From positions 17,484,001-17,548,000 of the forward strand of contig NW_025963791.1 in the NCBI RefSeq assembly GCF_023055435.1: 64,000 nucleotides of DNA, written 5' to 3'. Positions 1 through 14,000 of the stretch are shown piece after piece. The first letter of the stretch is position 1; each line of letters opens with the position of its first letter. A model generated the notes under the pieces. The model did no database searches. It saw only the letters and a program-made list of their open reading frames with translations, and was not told the origin of the DNA. The position numbers and the translations under genes were made by a program. The stretch is from Haliotis rufescens (lineage: Eukaryota).

Positions 1-690
1 AGCCATTTGAAAGAATGTGATGTTCCTTAACCTCTTTTGAGTAGTATATATATCAAGTATGTAAACCTAAATATACCAGATATACAAAAACAGTTATATT
101 TACATACTGTGACTTTCTTACATAGTCATTGAGGAAAGTATTAACTATAATTTTCCCCAAGGAAATACATCTTTACAGCATAACCTCCTACATCCGGGAC
201 CTTAGAGAGACACTTCATTGGTGTGATTCATCAGTCCGTCAGGCACGTGCCTTCAGATTACCATAACGACTGGTGAGACTAAGAAAGTTAATTTTTTTAT
301 TTTTTCAGATGAACAATTGACTGGACTTTGCATGTGTTTGTGACGGCTGCCACGTGTGGAACGGGACACGGGATTCATAAACACCTGTTTAGAATATGGT
401 GGGAATCTGGTTTTGTCGCTGGAAATGGTTTCTGTCGCTTTTGTTTTTGTAGGTTTGAATACTGGTGTAAGACACAAAATATTATCTGTGTATGAATGTG
501 CAGACTACATACCATTAGCTACATGTGCATATATTATGTTGTCATTACTTCTGTGGACTCTTTGGAAAATAGATATCGCAATGACGAAGCTAAATCATAC
601 CCTTGAAAAATGACAACATTTAATGATGAATGCATTGAAGTGTCGAAAATAGAAAGAAAATGAGGTCGGGCTACTATTCATCAAGAACAA

Positions 691-860
691 GGGGCAGTGG
701 GGTAGCCTAGTGGTTAAAGCGTTCGCTAATCACGCCGAAGACACGGGTTCGATTCCCCACCTGGGCACAATGTGTGAAGCCCTTTTTTCTGGTGTCCCCC
801 GCCGTGATATTGTTTGAATATTGCTAAAAGTGGCGTAAAACCATACTCAATCACTCACTC
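691..860 (+). mobile_element. tRNA-derived SINE, family A, full length
   Basis: tRNA-like head with A box (tagcctagtgg) and B box (ggttcgattcc), body ending gaatattgctaaaagtggcgtaaaacc, (ACTC)n tail, and TSD tcatcaagaacaa on both sides. Confidence 0.85.
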
Positions 861-2006
861 ATCAAGAACAAATTACTAGTACACAGCCCCGTGTTTTGTT
901 GCGAGACGAGTCGGCGAGTAGCTGAATATTTCAACGGCTGCAGAGATAAACATACTTAACACTAAACAATTACTGCTTTAAAGAAACAGGATTAATCACA
1001 TGCCTAGACTACCTCAATCTCATTAAAATCGGCTACAAGTTCTCGCTTCCGCTGAGGACATCCCATTACAGGTCACGTCAGAACGACCTTTCGCGAACTG
1101 ACCGACCAATGAAATTACTAACAGGAAGTCGACATTAGCCACTAAAAAACCCCAGCTTTCTTAAGCATGGCGACACTAGTTTAAATTGGTGACTTCCACC
1201 CCAAACTATGCTTTAGAAAGTATTTTGAATCAGTCATACAGTCCGTAACACTAGTTTTGTGTTAAACTTTAGAGGTTGCATGATAAGAAAACATATTCTG
1301 CTGACAGTGTAACACAACAATATGATTATTTCCTTTTTCTTTTTTTTATCACGTGTTCGTATCATTATCTATCGTGTAGTTGTCCAATTTTCGATCACGA
1401 ACGTAGATACTACCTAATTTCGTTTATCCGACATACTCGTTAATCCGACATAATATGCCACCAACAATGTCGGATTAACGGGACTTGACTGTACAACGGG
1501 ACATGTACTGGTAATCCGTATACTTGTGAAATAGCATGCTGTTGTTATACAAAAACAATATGTCGTGAAATTGACATACAGTTTATAAACAGTTCCCAGC
1601 TAACCAATAAAGTATTAATCACGTGACAGTTCTAACCTGTTTGCTAAATATACAACGTCAACACCAGAAAACAACCAGTCTCGATTATCCGACCAAACAG
1701 ATTCCAGTGGGGGCCGGAGGCAAAACAGCGGGGAAAACTGCACGAAAGGACCACTGGAAACCAGGTGTGCGGCAAACAGGCAAGCAATCTCCAATCTTAC
1801 TTTTCAGATTGCATTGCTGATCCTGTAAACTTGAAGGGTATCTTTCGCCTGTATAAACTGCTCACTGCAGTATTATTTATCACACTATTGTCACATGTGA
1901 CAACGTTACTTTTACTACCTGAACTATGCACGAACGACTTCCTGAAATAGCTGCCGTCACCGAGTGCACTTCGAGTGGGTAGATGTTGGCCAAGTGATTA
2001 CATGTA

Positions 2007-2181
2007 CAGTAAACTACGGTTATAACGAACTCAAAGGGACTACTAATTTTAGTTCGTTATAACCGTAGTTCGTTATAGGCATATATACAGCATAACTACA
2101 GCAAATAGTAGGGAACAAAAAGTAAGTTCGTTATATCCGTCAGTTCGTTATAAGCGTGTTCGTTTTAACCGTAGTCTACTG
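2007..2181. mobile_element. Tc1/mariner-superfamily MITE (175 bp)
   Basis: TIRs CAGTAAACTACGGTTATAACGAAC / gttcgttttaaccgtagtctactg, TA on both sides, internal gttcgttata subrepeats. Confidence 0.8.
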
Positions 2182-2311
2182 TATCTGCAAAGCGATTAGC
2201 CATCAGGGTGCGCAGACTTAAGAAGCTGCGGCTCCGACCAACTGTTCAGGCCCTCATTAAGAACTACGGTCCGACACAAGATCTACCTGACACGGGGCTA
2301 CGGGCAGGCGC

Positions 2312-2461
2312 TTATCTAGAAGCTGTTTTCTTTCTATTTGCAACACGAGTCTTTGAGATGATGTACTCACTAGTCGTGCTCAAGGTGCTGAATCGGGTTC
2401 CCGACACAACATTGGCCGAAATGGTGTTTCCTCTTCGGGTTGACCGGGAGACGATTGGGTC
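2312..2461 (-). CDS. PIK3AP1: BCAP-like exon 10 (Ser/Thr-rich; either terminal or spliced at 2371)
   Basis: gtgttgcag|DPIVSRSTRRGNTISANVVSGTRFSTLSTT, followed either by donor gtgagt after 2371 or by read-through to TAA at 2314-2312. Confidence 0.55.
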   Translation of the reverse strand, partial: DPIVSRSTRRGNTISANVVSGTRFSTLSTTSEYIISKTRVANRKKTASR

Positions 2462-5400
2462 CTGCAACACGTGGCAGATACCCATGACATGTTCCTAATA
2501 CCACTCCCATCATGATGAAAGTATACATACGTTTCTATACAACTCTGTCCCGATATATCCCTATACAACTATGTACCATACATTCCTGTACAACTATGTA
2601 CCATATATTCCTATACAAGTAAGTACCATGCATTCCTAAAAACTGTGTACCATACATTCCTATACAACTCTGTTCCCATATATTCCTATAAAACTATGTA
2701 CCATACATTCCTGTACAACTATGTACCATATATTCCTATACAACTATGTACCATATATTTCTATACAACTATGTACCATACATTCCTATACAACTATGTA
2801 CCATACATTCCTATACAACTATGTACCATATATTCCTATACAACTATGTACCATACATACCTATACAACTATGTACCGATACATTCCTATACAACTATGT
2901 ACCATACATTACAAGACAACTATGTATCCATATATTTCTATGCAACTTTGTACCAATACGTTTCTATACAACCTTGTATCCATACATTTTTATTCAACAT
3001 TGGAGCGATGCATGCAATCTATACGATCCTTATGAAATGTACTTTTCTGGCGCTCGGCATTAAGGTGATAAAACAAAGACTGGTCGGCTTGGAGTTAAAC
3101 TGCGGCAGCTGTGTTGATCAGCTCAATAGAACCGGCATTAGTCCGGACCACAGCAAGCACGGATAGGGATCGAGTGGGCAGGCTCGGTGACTTGGTCGAT
3201 TGCGTGTCATCGTACCCCGATAAGGTGGATTGTCGCTCACAGTATCAATCAGTGGATTGTCTGGCCCAGACTCGATTGTTTACAAGCCGTCATATAGCTG
3301 GAACATTGCTGTGTCCGGCGTTTAAACAGCAAACCAACAAACACACACATACGTACTGATATCTGAGGCACGTGTCTTGGCGTCTTCTGGCGCTTGCTGA
3401 TGAGTCTGGCGAAGAAGCCCGGTCTGCTGGTCTTCTTGGACATCTGATCGGCCGTCTGCGTCACGGTGTCGATAACAGTGTTGTACTCTTCGCGCATCAT
3501 CCGCAGAGTATTCTGATGAACATAATGATGCATGTATCAACATGAGAAGTAGCCTCAACTGACAGGAGTTATCTATATCTGGGAGTGAGTGAGTAGAGTT
3601 TCTCCACCACCAGAAATGTTGTTCCAATGTTGGGAATCAAATCCACGGATTCTGGACGAGCCATCGCCTTAACCATTAACCCAGTTATGTGTGATCGAAT
3701 CCAAGATGAGAGCCATGTAGGATCATTGGTGGGTCAGCACCAAAGTTGTAAACGTCTACCACCAGCTTGGAGCTCAAGTGCTCCATACTCATCCGCCACT
3801 TAGTTATGTAACTGTAATTCTGATAAAAGCTCCTCACTAACTCCCCTCAGATGACCTCTAATGTTAGGCTGACACGTCGAATGTATATTAGATGCCGTTA
3901 ATGCACAAACCCATCTGCTACAACCTCTACCACTTTGAAATGTTTCCTTGTTTCCTGCTTATTGCTGCACCCAGCAACATTCCAGCTATATGTGGGCGGT
4001 CTGTAAATAATAAAGTCTGGACGAGAAACTCCAGTGATTGACAACACGTGCATCGATCCACGCTATGGGGATACGATGACATGCATCAACCAAGTCAGCG
4101 AGTCTGACCACCCAATCCCGTTAGTCGCCTCTTACGACAAGCATGAACAATTCTGACTCGGATCTTCAGGGGTAACTTTGAAATGAATCTTTCAAGTGGA
4201 TCTCCTATCTCAGGCCGACATGTGTATCGTTGTGTTGGACAGACTGATCTGACACTCTGATAACACCCTGAAGGGCAAGGGTTTACTATTCCCAAGCTAG
4301 AGGAGACAGCACGCGGACAGCAAATGAATAATGGCTGTTTAATTTTCCTTATAAGTGTTATCAGTTGATGTCATAATGTCATAAACGTAAGTCCTAGTCC
4401 CACTGCCCGTCCTCTTTCTATGAGGAAACTCAAAGGTCCGCTAATATACAGGTACACCTGCACGGACCTTGTACAGGGGAGATCACCCCGCGTACACACA
4501 GCTATGGAAAGAAGGGCTGTGTAAATCATAAAAACATACATCCATCATAAACCTTCCAGCTAAAATCTTTAGACTCCTAGCTAAAACCTAAAACCCCCAA
4601 CCCCTTAGCTAAAACATAAAACTTCCAACCTCCATGCTGAAACCTAAAACCTTCCAGCTAAAATCTAAAACCTCTAAGCTAAAATCTGAAACCTCCAACC
4701 CCCAAGCTCTAACCTAAAACATCCGACATCCCAGCTAAAATCTATAACCTCCAACCTCCAATCTCCAAGCTAAAACCTCCAACCTCTCAGCTACAACCTC
4801 CAATCTCCAAGCTAAAACCTCCAACCTCTCAGCTACAACCTCCAATCTCCAAGCTAAAACCTCCAACCTCTCAGCTACAACCCGTATCTCCAAGCTAAAA
4901 CCTCCAACCTCTCAGCTACAACCTCCAATCTCCAAGCTAAAACCTCCAACCTCCCAGCTAAAATTTAAAACCTCCAACCTCTCAGCTACAACCTCAAATC
5001 TCCAAGCTAAAACCTCCAACCTCTCAGCTACAACCTCCAATCTCCAAGCTAAAACCTCCAACCTAAAACCTAAAACCACAACCCCTTAGCTAAAACCTAA
5101 AACCTCCAACCTAAAACCACAACCCCTTAGCTAAAACCTAAAACTTCCAACCTCCAGCTAAAACCCCAAAGCGAAAAAACTAAAACCTTCAACCCCCAAG
5201 CTCTATCCTAAAACCTCCGACCTCCCAGCAAAAATCTGTAACCTCCAACCAAGCTAAAACCTAAAACCTCCAACCCCCAAGCTAAAACCTAAAACCGCCA
5301 AGCTAAAACCTAAAACCTCCAACCTACTTCTGTCTATCGTTACCTGTCTTTGTTTGAAGGACTTGGATTGTCGTTCCCCGTTCCTTTGTTGCCAGGCTTT

Positions 5401-8400
5401 GAACAGCATGAGGGCTTCGTGAGGGTTGAAGTTACCTTCCTTAACACCGTCCATTATCTCCAAGAGTTCATTTTGACTTGTGGAACCCATTGCAACTCGT
5501 GGTAGCGCCTCTGCAAACATCATTGAGATTTTAAAACCTTTTTCCATTTGCATGAGGTAATGACGATAAGACAGTGGATGAGTACTTAGTTTCAGAGGGT
5601 TATAATGTGTGATGAGTTGAGTAATAATTCATGCTCATGGAATATACATTATGTATACGATATATTGGTTGACGGTTGAGCTGCATATCTTGGATAAAAA
5701 GGGAAAACAAACTTAGACCATAAGAGCTGTAGATGATCCTTTTAAATAAGGATTTTTATAATGAAATGAATGGCCGAAGTAGGTTCTATATGCCTTTCCG
5801 GGATTTTGTTCATGAATTTCAATGCGGAACACAAAGACTTAACGAATTGCAAGAGATTGAACACGGATCTCGTGGGTATCCTTCACCACCAGGTTACCCA
5901 GCCAATCCCCTATGTGTGGAAAGTGAACTTTAGACAATCAGATGAATAGACACGTCATGGATACGTACTTTCGTCCTCTACTATACCCATAAGAACAGAG
6001 GGTGTTAATCCTGCTGGCAGTGTCATGGACCTTGGTTCAGAATCATGAATAGGTGCATGTCCTGAAGCTCGTTCAGAATTAACTCTCGTCAATCGGGGTG
6101 CGGTCGGTTGGGAGGGGCGTGATGCTGGAGCACACGCCGCTACAGGAGAAGAGAAACGTTGACATCGCCCAGAGAACATATCTATATGACAGGTGCTAAC
6201 GAAATAGCAGGGTGATGCAAGGTGTGCAGGTGATTACGTGCAGACGAACACAGAACACGGATTAGATGCTACAGCGTTGAGAAGTGCATATACCGGTTAG
6301 GAATACAAAGAAGCAAAAGTAACTGAGATCATGTTCACTTATTGAAAACTGAAGATGATTTTTTTGTAATAATTATGATATAGTAAATTATATGTGTATA
6401 TATGATGATGACCCAGTCGTCTAAGGCAAAGTTGCGCCCCTTTGGCACGCCAGAAACCTATGACTGTGGGTTCGAATCCCGGTTCACCCCGATTATGTTT
6501 CTAGGTTTATCAGCACCACATCCGTGCTCGTGGGTTTCATCGAAGTGGTAAACATCTGAGACATGCATGACTTCGGCCTTTCCTCCCATATTTAGCTGAC
6601 ACGCCGTCATGTGACTTGAATACTGTATAAAGCGTCGTTAACCCCATCTCACTCACTCAATATTATGAACAATATGATGGAAACTGAAATAATTAGACAG
6701 GTCACCATGGATAGTGTAAATAACATAAAGCTTGCTGCCCGTTTGAAATATATCGTCATATTTTGAGTTATTAGAGCTTTACATCTCTATAAAACTTAAG
6801 GGGTCAAAATTCACCTCAATTAAACACCAGTTCAAATGAAACCTTCACCGAAAAATAACACATGTACGATTTTCGTTTTCGTGACTAAAGGTGAACATCA
6901 TCACTGTTACTTTTGCCTTTGACTATAGCGAATCTTCGCATTAGTGAAACTTACATATTGACATAGATGAGGCAAGTGCAGACGGGTGATCAGGTAATTC
7001 AGAAGAATGGCAGGAATTGTGATGACAGGTTAGATGTGAAAAAGAAAGTGCAGGAACATTGTCAAAGCAATGTGGGGGTTATACACAAGAAAACATTCGC
7101 CCAGTGTTAAGATGCCCATTCAGAAAAATACAACGTCATGCAGAGTGTAGGGTAAACTGCTTGAAACAAATGACGAACCATATCAAGAACTGTCTTCAAG
7201 TACAGAGTCAAGGCGGAAAATGAAAATGTGGTTTTCTGTGTGCCGGGAGACCCTTTACCAACTCAGCTATCCCGTTGTGATTAAGACAGGAACAGAAAAG
7301 ATTAGAGGTGTGTGTAGATAGGCAGCTCACTGGATATAATTTCAATGTATATTTCTGCATTAGATCATGATGTGAAAGATATCATCTATAGTTTTGAAGA
7401 ATCACTTTACGTTTGTATATGGCGTTGAAATAGTTTTATCATCCAAAACGGGCTTCCACAGGAGATATCGCTTAGGTGAAATTGCACCATTATGCTTTAC
7501 TGACCATTGTGACGTCATCGTTACCATGACGTCACAATCCAATTATATCACTAATGTCTCTGGCGCTGAAGCTGTACTATTTACACGCAACATCCTGGAT
7601 ATTATTGTTTACAAACAAAAAATGGAAGAATAATCTTGGATGATAAACTGAATCTCACTCACGTGTCTTCCAAGCTCAAATATATCAAGATTAATACTTT
7701 ATTGATAGAAGTATGAACATCCTCAACAAGCCATATTGTAACTTTTATCAATTCGTCTTGATATATTCGATCTCAGAAGACACTTGAGTGAGATTCTCTA
7801 ATTTTATTAAGGAAAATCATCTTGACGAATTGAAACACACAAAATTTCCTACCACTATCCGTACTAGGTCCCACTACAGGCGTGCTTTGATATGTCGCCC
7901 GTTTTACTGAAACACATTTCATGTCTGTTTGAGTGCATGTCCTGTAGTTCATCATATTGGATATGTTTGGCATAACAGTACGTTTGTTGCCACATCCTTG
8001 CAGTTAATGATTTAAATAAGAAGATGTTTCAGTCGATCCAGACATGTTCCAGATATACTGAACACAAACGGTTAGGGATCATGAATATTTTGTTGGACAT
8101 TTTTTTATGAAATTGTGTGCTCAGTCTTCACAACCCAAAATATCCCCTAAAATATTCAAGGCACCTGACATAGTTTGTTCAGTATATATGGACGTGAGCC
8201 ATATACATTGTCACACAATTGTATTGCTAGACGTGGACTTCAGCAGTGGTCCTCTGGGGATTACTTAACCAACATGTTTCCTCATATTAAAATCGCTTTG
8301 AGAGATATGAGTTTCTGATTGTGTGTAACGTACGAGGTTTATTGATCATGATGGTATTATGATGTTCCGGTTTATTAGTTTCCTCGTGTGTGACTGGGGT

Positions 8401-10958
8401 CCCAGTCCCCGCCGTATCCATGATGTTATAAAGCTTGAGATTGATATAGCTCCCACGTTACAGGTATTAAAACATAAGCAATATTATAACTGTTCAGGGC
8501 CCTCCATGAATAGTGTGGCCCGCTGCCAACAATCAACGATATAGCTGGCATAGATACGTAGTAAAATCAGTTCGTTCCAGCTGCTGGTTGATGTTCGCAA
8601 GTGGATACACTTTCAAGTAGTACTCAGTCATTGTACCCACCCGATCCACAGTCAATTTGAACTTTTTACTAAATACATAGGTAACTTGAGACTTAATTTA
8701 CTCGTAGAAACAATAAAACGTAGAAACAATAAAACGGAGAAAAATAAAACGTAGAAACAATAAAACGGAAAAACAATAAAACGTAGAAACGATAAAACGT
8801 AGAAACAATAAAACGGAAAAACAAAAAAACGTAGAAACAAAGGAAACAATAACATAAGCAATGGTGTATACAGGGGTAAATATGAATGTGCGGATACAAC
8901 ATACATGTGCATGACATTACATTCTACACTTCTGTCTACAACATATAACAACATTACCTCGTGACAAAACAAATATATATATATAAAGCACAACCTCGTT
9001 ACCTTGAAGCATCACCAAACACACTGAGATATCCATGGTTTCGAGACAACCGAGTGTCAATGCTAGGTCAGAAAATGTATCTGCCGTGTCCTTGACCTTA
9101 TACCGTCCAAAACGATGCATCGATCAAACATATGACGTCAACGTATGAGAATAATCAGTCTCCATATTCTGCCGAAACAGATTCAATTGGGCGTAAAATG
9201 CCAAATAGCGGCGAAAATTATATGAAAATCAGTGAGGACACCAGGTGTCCCGACAATGGTAAACAAAAACAAGGTAACAAGCTTTCACTGCAAAAGCGCA
9301 CAATAAAACAATGCGGACGCAAGACAAGTTATAAACTTCAGTGCAATCACACGGGAAATGGAAAGCAGTTTCGTGAAAAATAATTTATTAATGTTTAATA
9401 AATTATTTTTCTATGGAACGAAATTACAGGAAATAGGGACCCTCGAGATAGTTAATTTATAAATGTTGAATAAATTATTTCTTTATGGAATATTTTCAAA
9501 TACATTGGGCATTTTAACATTGTATTGTATGGGCAAGTGTGCGTGTACTTTTGGAACACTTGAAATTTTCACATAAAGGGGCAATGTCAGAAAATTCCGA
9601 TAGTGAACCCTAATCGTATGACAATTTTATCTGCCAAAGATAAATAATCATGGTATATTTTCCGCAAAGTCCTAGCAGTGGATCTCATGATAGCTTTTAT
9701 CAAAATGAAAGAATTCATTTATGCTGACTGTTTGACGTTTAATACTGATGAACATAGTACCTATGGTGGCACATAAGGTATTGACGAAAGAGTACCTACC
9801 ATCTGCTGACTGACGTCTGGGCCTGTTGGGTACTGGGGGGAGTCTGGTCGCCCGTGGCTGTAAAGGGGGAGGGGGAGCGGTACCGAGGTTGGGGGGTAGG
9901 GCCATGGAATATGGATCCTCAGGTTCTTCTTGAATTGAAGAGTTCCGACCCTGCATATCCATGTAGAAACCTATAGGAGACATTGAGAGAGAAGGAACTG
10001 TTTACAAAAGCAAACAAAAAGACGAAAAAATCGTAAATTCTCCAAAAAGTCTTGGAATATAAGAACATTCAATAATTGTACATAACATGGCCCGGTACAT
10101 TGTTAATCCATGCGACAAATTCTCCTCATAGTGAGTGAGTGAATTTGGTTTTAGAACGCTTGAACAGTATTCCAGTTATATCACGGCGGGTCAGCTTAAT
10201 TTGGGAGACAAAACCGGAGTGATGCAGATCTCAGTGGAACCCACGAGCACGGGTGTGGTGCTGACAAACCTGGAAACATAATCGGGGCGAACCGGGATTC
10301 GAACACACAATCATAGGTACGCAACTGAATTGTGGCGCCTTACACGGCTGGGCCACATATGCTTACTACTTATAGAGCAGCTGATAGAGGTTTGGCATAC
10401 CCCGTCTTGTTTAACGGGTATAGTAACCCTGCATGCTTTAGACAAGTACATAACGGCAAAAGATAAAGAACTAAATTGTTGAGACGTCTTTCTCTCCATA
10501 GCGTGAAGAGACAAATATAATGTAGAAACCATCAGGGCTGACAACAGGATACCTATGAGAATGCTTCTGAAGTCTCTCTTCCCAGTGGTCGACTATACTC
10601 TTAACTTGTGGTAATGGGAGGTCATCAATAATTTGTTTGAAAGTACTTACTTTCAGTTTCAGTTTCTTCTTCGGGAATCCTGTTTTGGTACCCCGCCGCC
10701 ATGTGGGTGTAGAGATCACAGGCGTCCGCCAGATAGGCCGTCTCCTGCAAACACAAGGGCAAATAATCATTATGCAAATATAGTCACATCATTTGCAGTC
10801 AGTGTATTATAAGTATCATAACGTGACAAAACCAATATATATATATTGTGTTTACAATATGTGAGTGAGTGAGTATGGTTTTACGCCGCTTTTAGCAATA
10901 TTGAAGCAATAATACGGGGCCGGGGACACCAGAAACGGGCTTCACACATTGTACCACA

Positions 10959-11019
<61 letters not shown>

Positions 11020-14000
11020 TTTTGTCACGTTATGATACTTATAATACACTGACTGCAAATGATGTGATATATATATATACACACACACACACACAGAGTT
11101 TTAATAAGCTAGCGCTTTCAACTCGTACCACGTACGAGTCTCATCAGGCCATATATATATATATGTATATGGCCTGATGAGACTCGTACGTGGTACGAGT
11201 TGAAAGCGCTAGCCTAATAAAACTGTGTTCAATCCTACTACACTTATTTCATTATTACTATATAAATAGTATATATATATACGCCACTTCAACGTCCACC
11301 AGAGCACCATTTGTCGCCCTTGGGACTGATACACACAGTTCAATTCAACTGCAGACCGTCCGAGAACCGGCCGACCAAGAATTGCCACCTCTGCACAGGA
11401 CTTGATTGTAGTTGTGGTTCAGGGAAATTTGACAGCAAATCGCTACATGAATAATATTCTTCAACCCCACCTTCTTCCAGTCATTGGCAGCCAGAAGGAG
11501 CTGTTTCAACAGGACAACGCTCCACCGCACACAGCTTGTGTCACACGAGATACTGAGTTCAGCGCAACCTTGTGGTCTAATGTGACATTACAATGAACAG
11601 TTTTCAATGCCTTTATACAACGACAACGTTTGACTATCGAGCTTCAAAATTTCATATTTGTATCTGTGATATTAAATTAATTATATAGTCTTTATTAGGT
11701 ACAAAAAAATTACTAAAAATCTACATGTGCGTTTCTTTTTTTGAAGAGTGTATTTTAATGAATTATGACGTTTAATCGTAACTCACAAAGTCCCACGCCG
11801 AGTGTTACTTAAGTACCTCCCCCCCGTTTCATTTGGATGTGAAGTACAAGCACAGATATGAGAGAACAATAGTTAACTACATTGTAACCCTGCCTTCACA
11901 TCTGCTGTTAGCACAAATTAACATACATGTGTGCTACAGAAGGGTTGCGGGAAGACAAGCAAATGATCGTCCAAGAAATGGGATTATGCTATTGTGTTTT
12001 CAATATGTGAGTGAGTGAGTATGGTTTTACGCCGCTTTTAGCAATATTGAAGCAATAATACGGCCGGGGACACCAGAAATGGGCTTCACACATTGTACCA
12101 CACATTGTACCGGATCTTCGGCGTGACGAGCGAACGCTTTAACCACTAGACCACCCGACCGCCCGTTTACAATATGTTAAGTACCTGTATGTCAACCACT
12201 GCTGCTTCCTCGAAGAGCTGAATTATAGCCACTTAAGGCACTAAGCATGCGCAGTTCGACTGATATGGACCCAGTAGGAGACGCATACATCTTTGAGAGT
12301 GAAATATAACGACTTTACGATGATACTTTTATAATTATCTTAAACTGTGTGTAAGAACGCATACAGCAGAGTTGAAAATGACAGTTCCACGAGCAAGGTA
12401 TATATCTCCGTATTTAAAAATCCATCCGGTGAATTCACAGTGATTGTATATAAACTTACGCAAAGCAGATCTAACGCTACACCACGGAGCCATTAGGGAG
12501 AGTGATTGAATGTTTAACGCACTGACAGCAACATGTCAGTTACATCACCACCTCTGACACCTTGGACCAAGCAAACCAGTGACTTAAAGCATTGACCATA
12601 ACCCATGTCACCAGGGCACGAATGACCAATAAAGAAACGGACACACCTCTCAGAGAGTGACGGAAGGGCAGGACACTCTTACCCTTTCGCGGACACCTGA
12701 AGTCATCCGTCATTTCCAACTCTATTTTGACTTTAATGCGCAATGGAATCTGTTTCGGCAGATAATCGAGACTGGTATTTCTCTGACGTTGATGTTTTAC
12801 ATTATAGTAGTATATTCATAAAGACCCGTGAAGATCCGGGGTAGAGTAGGTCTTCAGCAACCCATGCTTGTTGTAAAAGGCGACTGTGCTTGTCGTAAGA
12901 GGCGACTAACGGGATCGGGTGGTCAGGCTCGCTGGATCGATGCTCATGATGTCAATCAATGGATTATTTGGTCCAGACTCGACCAATTTTGCTTACCATG
13001 AAATCTCGTATATACTGAGCCAATTCCGGGTAGTTGTAGACATCTGCTAGGTCGGCTGGGTCTCGCCCATCACAGTTCTCCACCTGGAAGGCTATCAGTG
13101 ACCCCGGAACATCGAGCAAGCAAGAACAAAACTCATTCAGACCGTTTGCAGCTGCGAAGTGAAGCATGGTGGGGTACTGGCTCTTGCTTTTAGTGATTCC
13201 TGAAAGACGAGAATAATAAATTTTACTTCAACTTTGCAAAGAATAAGTTTCAGGGTAAGACTATTTTCTTATGCCAACCTTTTTACCAAAAAGAAGTCAT
13301 TAACATATTTAGTATTAAGTATGAAATATATTTCATTAGAGAAGTTAATTAATCAAAATATGTTCAAATGAGCAACATAAGATAAGACCTGGTTTAAAAC
13401 GTGTCAGAGAAAATAAGACATTTAATTTCTTACTGCTTTCTTATTGATAAATTATGTCATTGTTTATTTTGTTTTAGCCGCGAAATCTTGCTGATGAGGC
13501 GTAAATCAATTTATTCATTCATTATTTTGTTTTGTTTGTGAATTAATCCTTACATTTTAAGTCATTGTACTATTTTGAGGAAAACCCTGACTGGTTATGT
13601 GAATAGGTTTTAGCAAAAAAGAGGAAGGAAAAACGTCACCCGTCCCGTGTACTTTTTGAGGAAACACGAGGAAACATGAGACATTAACTTTGAATAGGAT
13701 GCTCTTCAGTTTTAACATTGAAGGGAAATTAGTTTAGACTAATATTGTCCTGATGTTTTAATATAAATTCTCTAAAAACTCTGTAGTTTAATAACGTCAC
13801 AGATAAAAAAATATCTAAAGTAAATATCGCACGAAAGCACATCCTGCATACTCACTGAGGGTTGCATAAATCAGACAATGATGCTCGAAAAAGTTGAGGC
13901 AAATTTCCAGTACGACTGATATCGTCAAACTGTTTGAGAATAGGAAATCGACTTTCAATAACGCCATTTCTGGGATTACACAAAACATCTTCCGTCCCCA

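Noticed and set aside
691-770. tRNA gene
   Set aside because: The tRNA-like head continues into a SINE body and tail with TSDs, and several dispersed copies exist.
9003-9062. Possible extra 60-nt phase 1-1 exon (LTLGCLETMDISVCLVMLQ)
   Set aside because: Splice sites are plausible but the peptide has no family support; could be chance.
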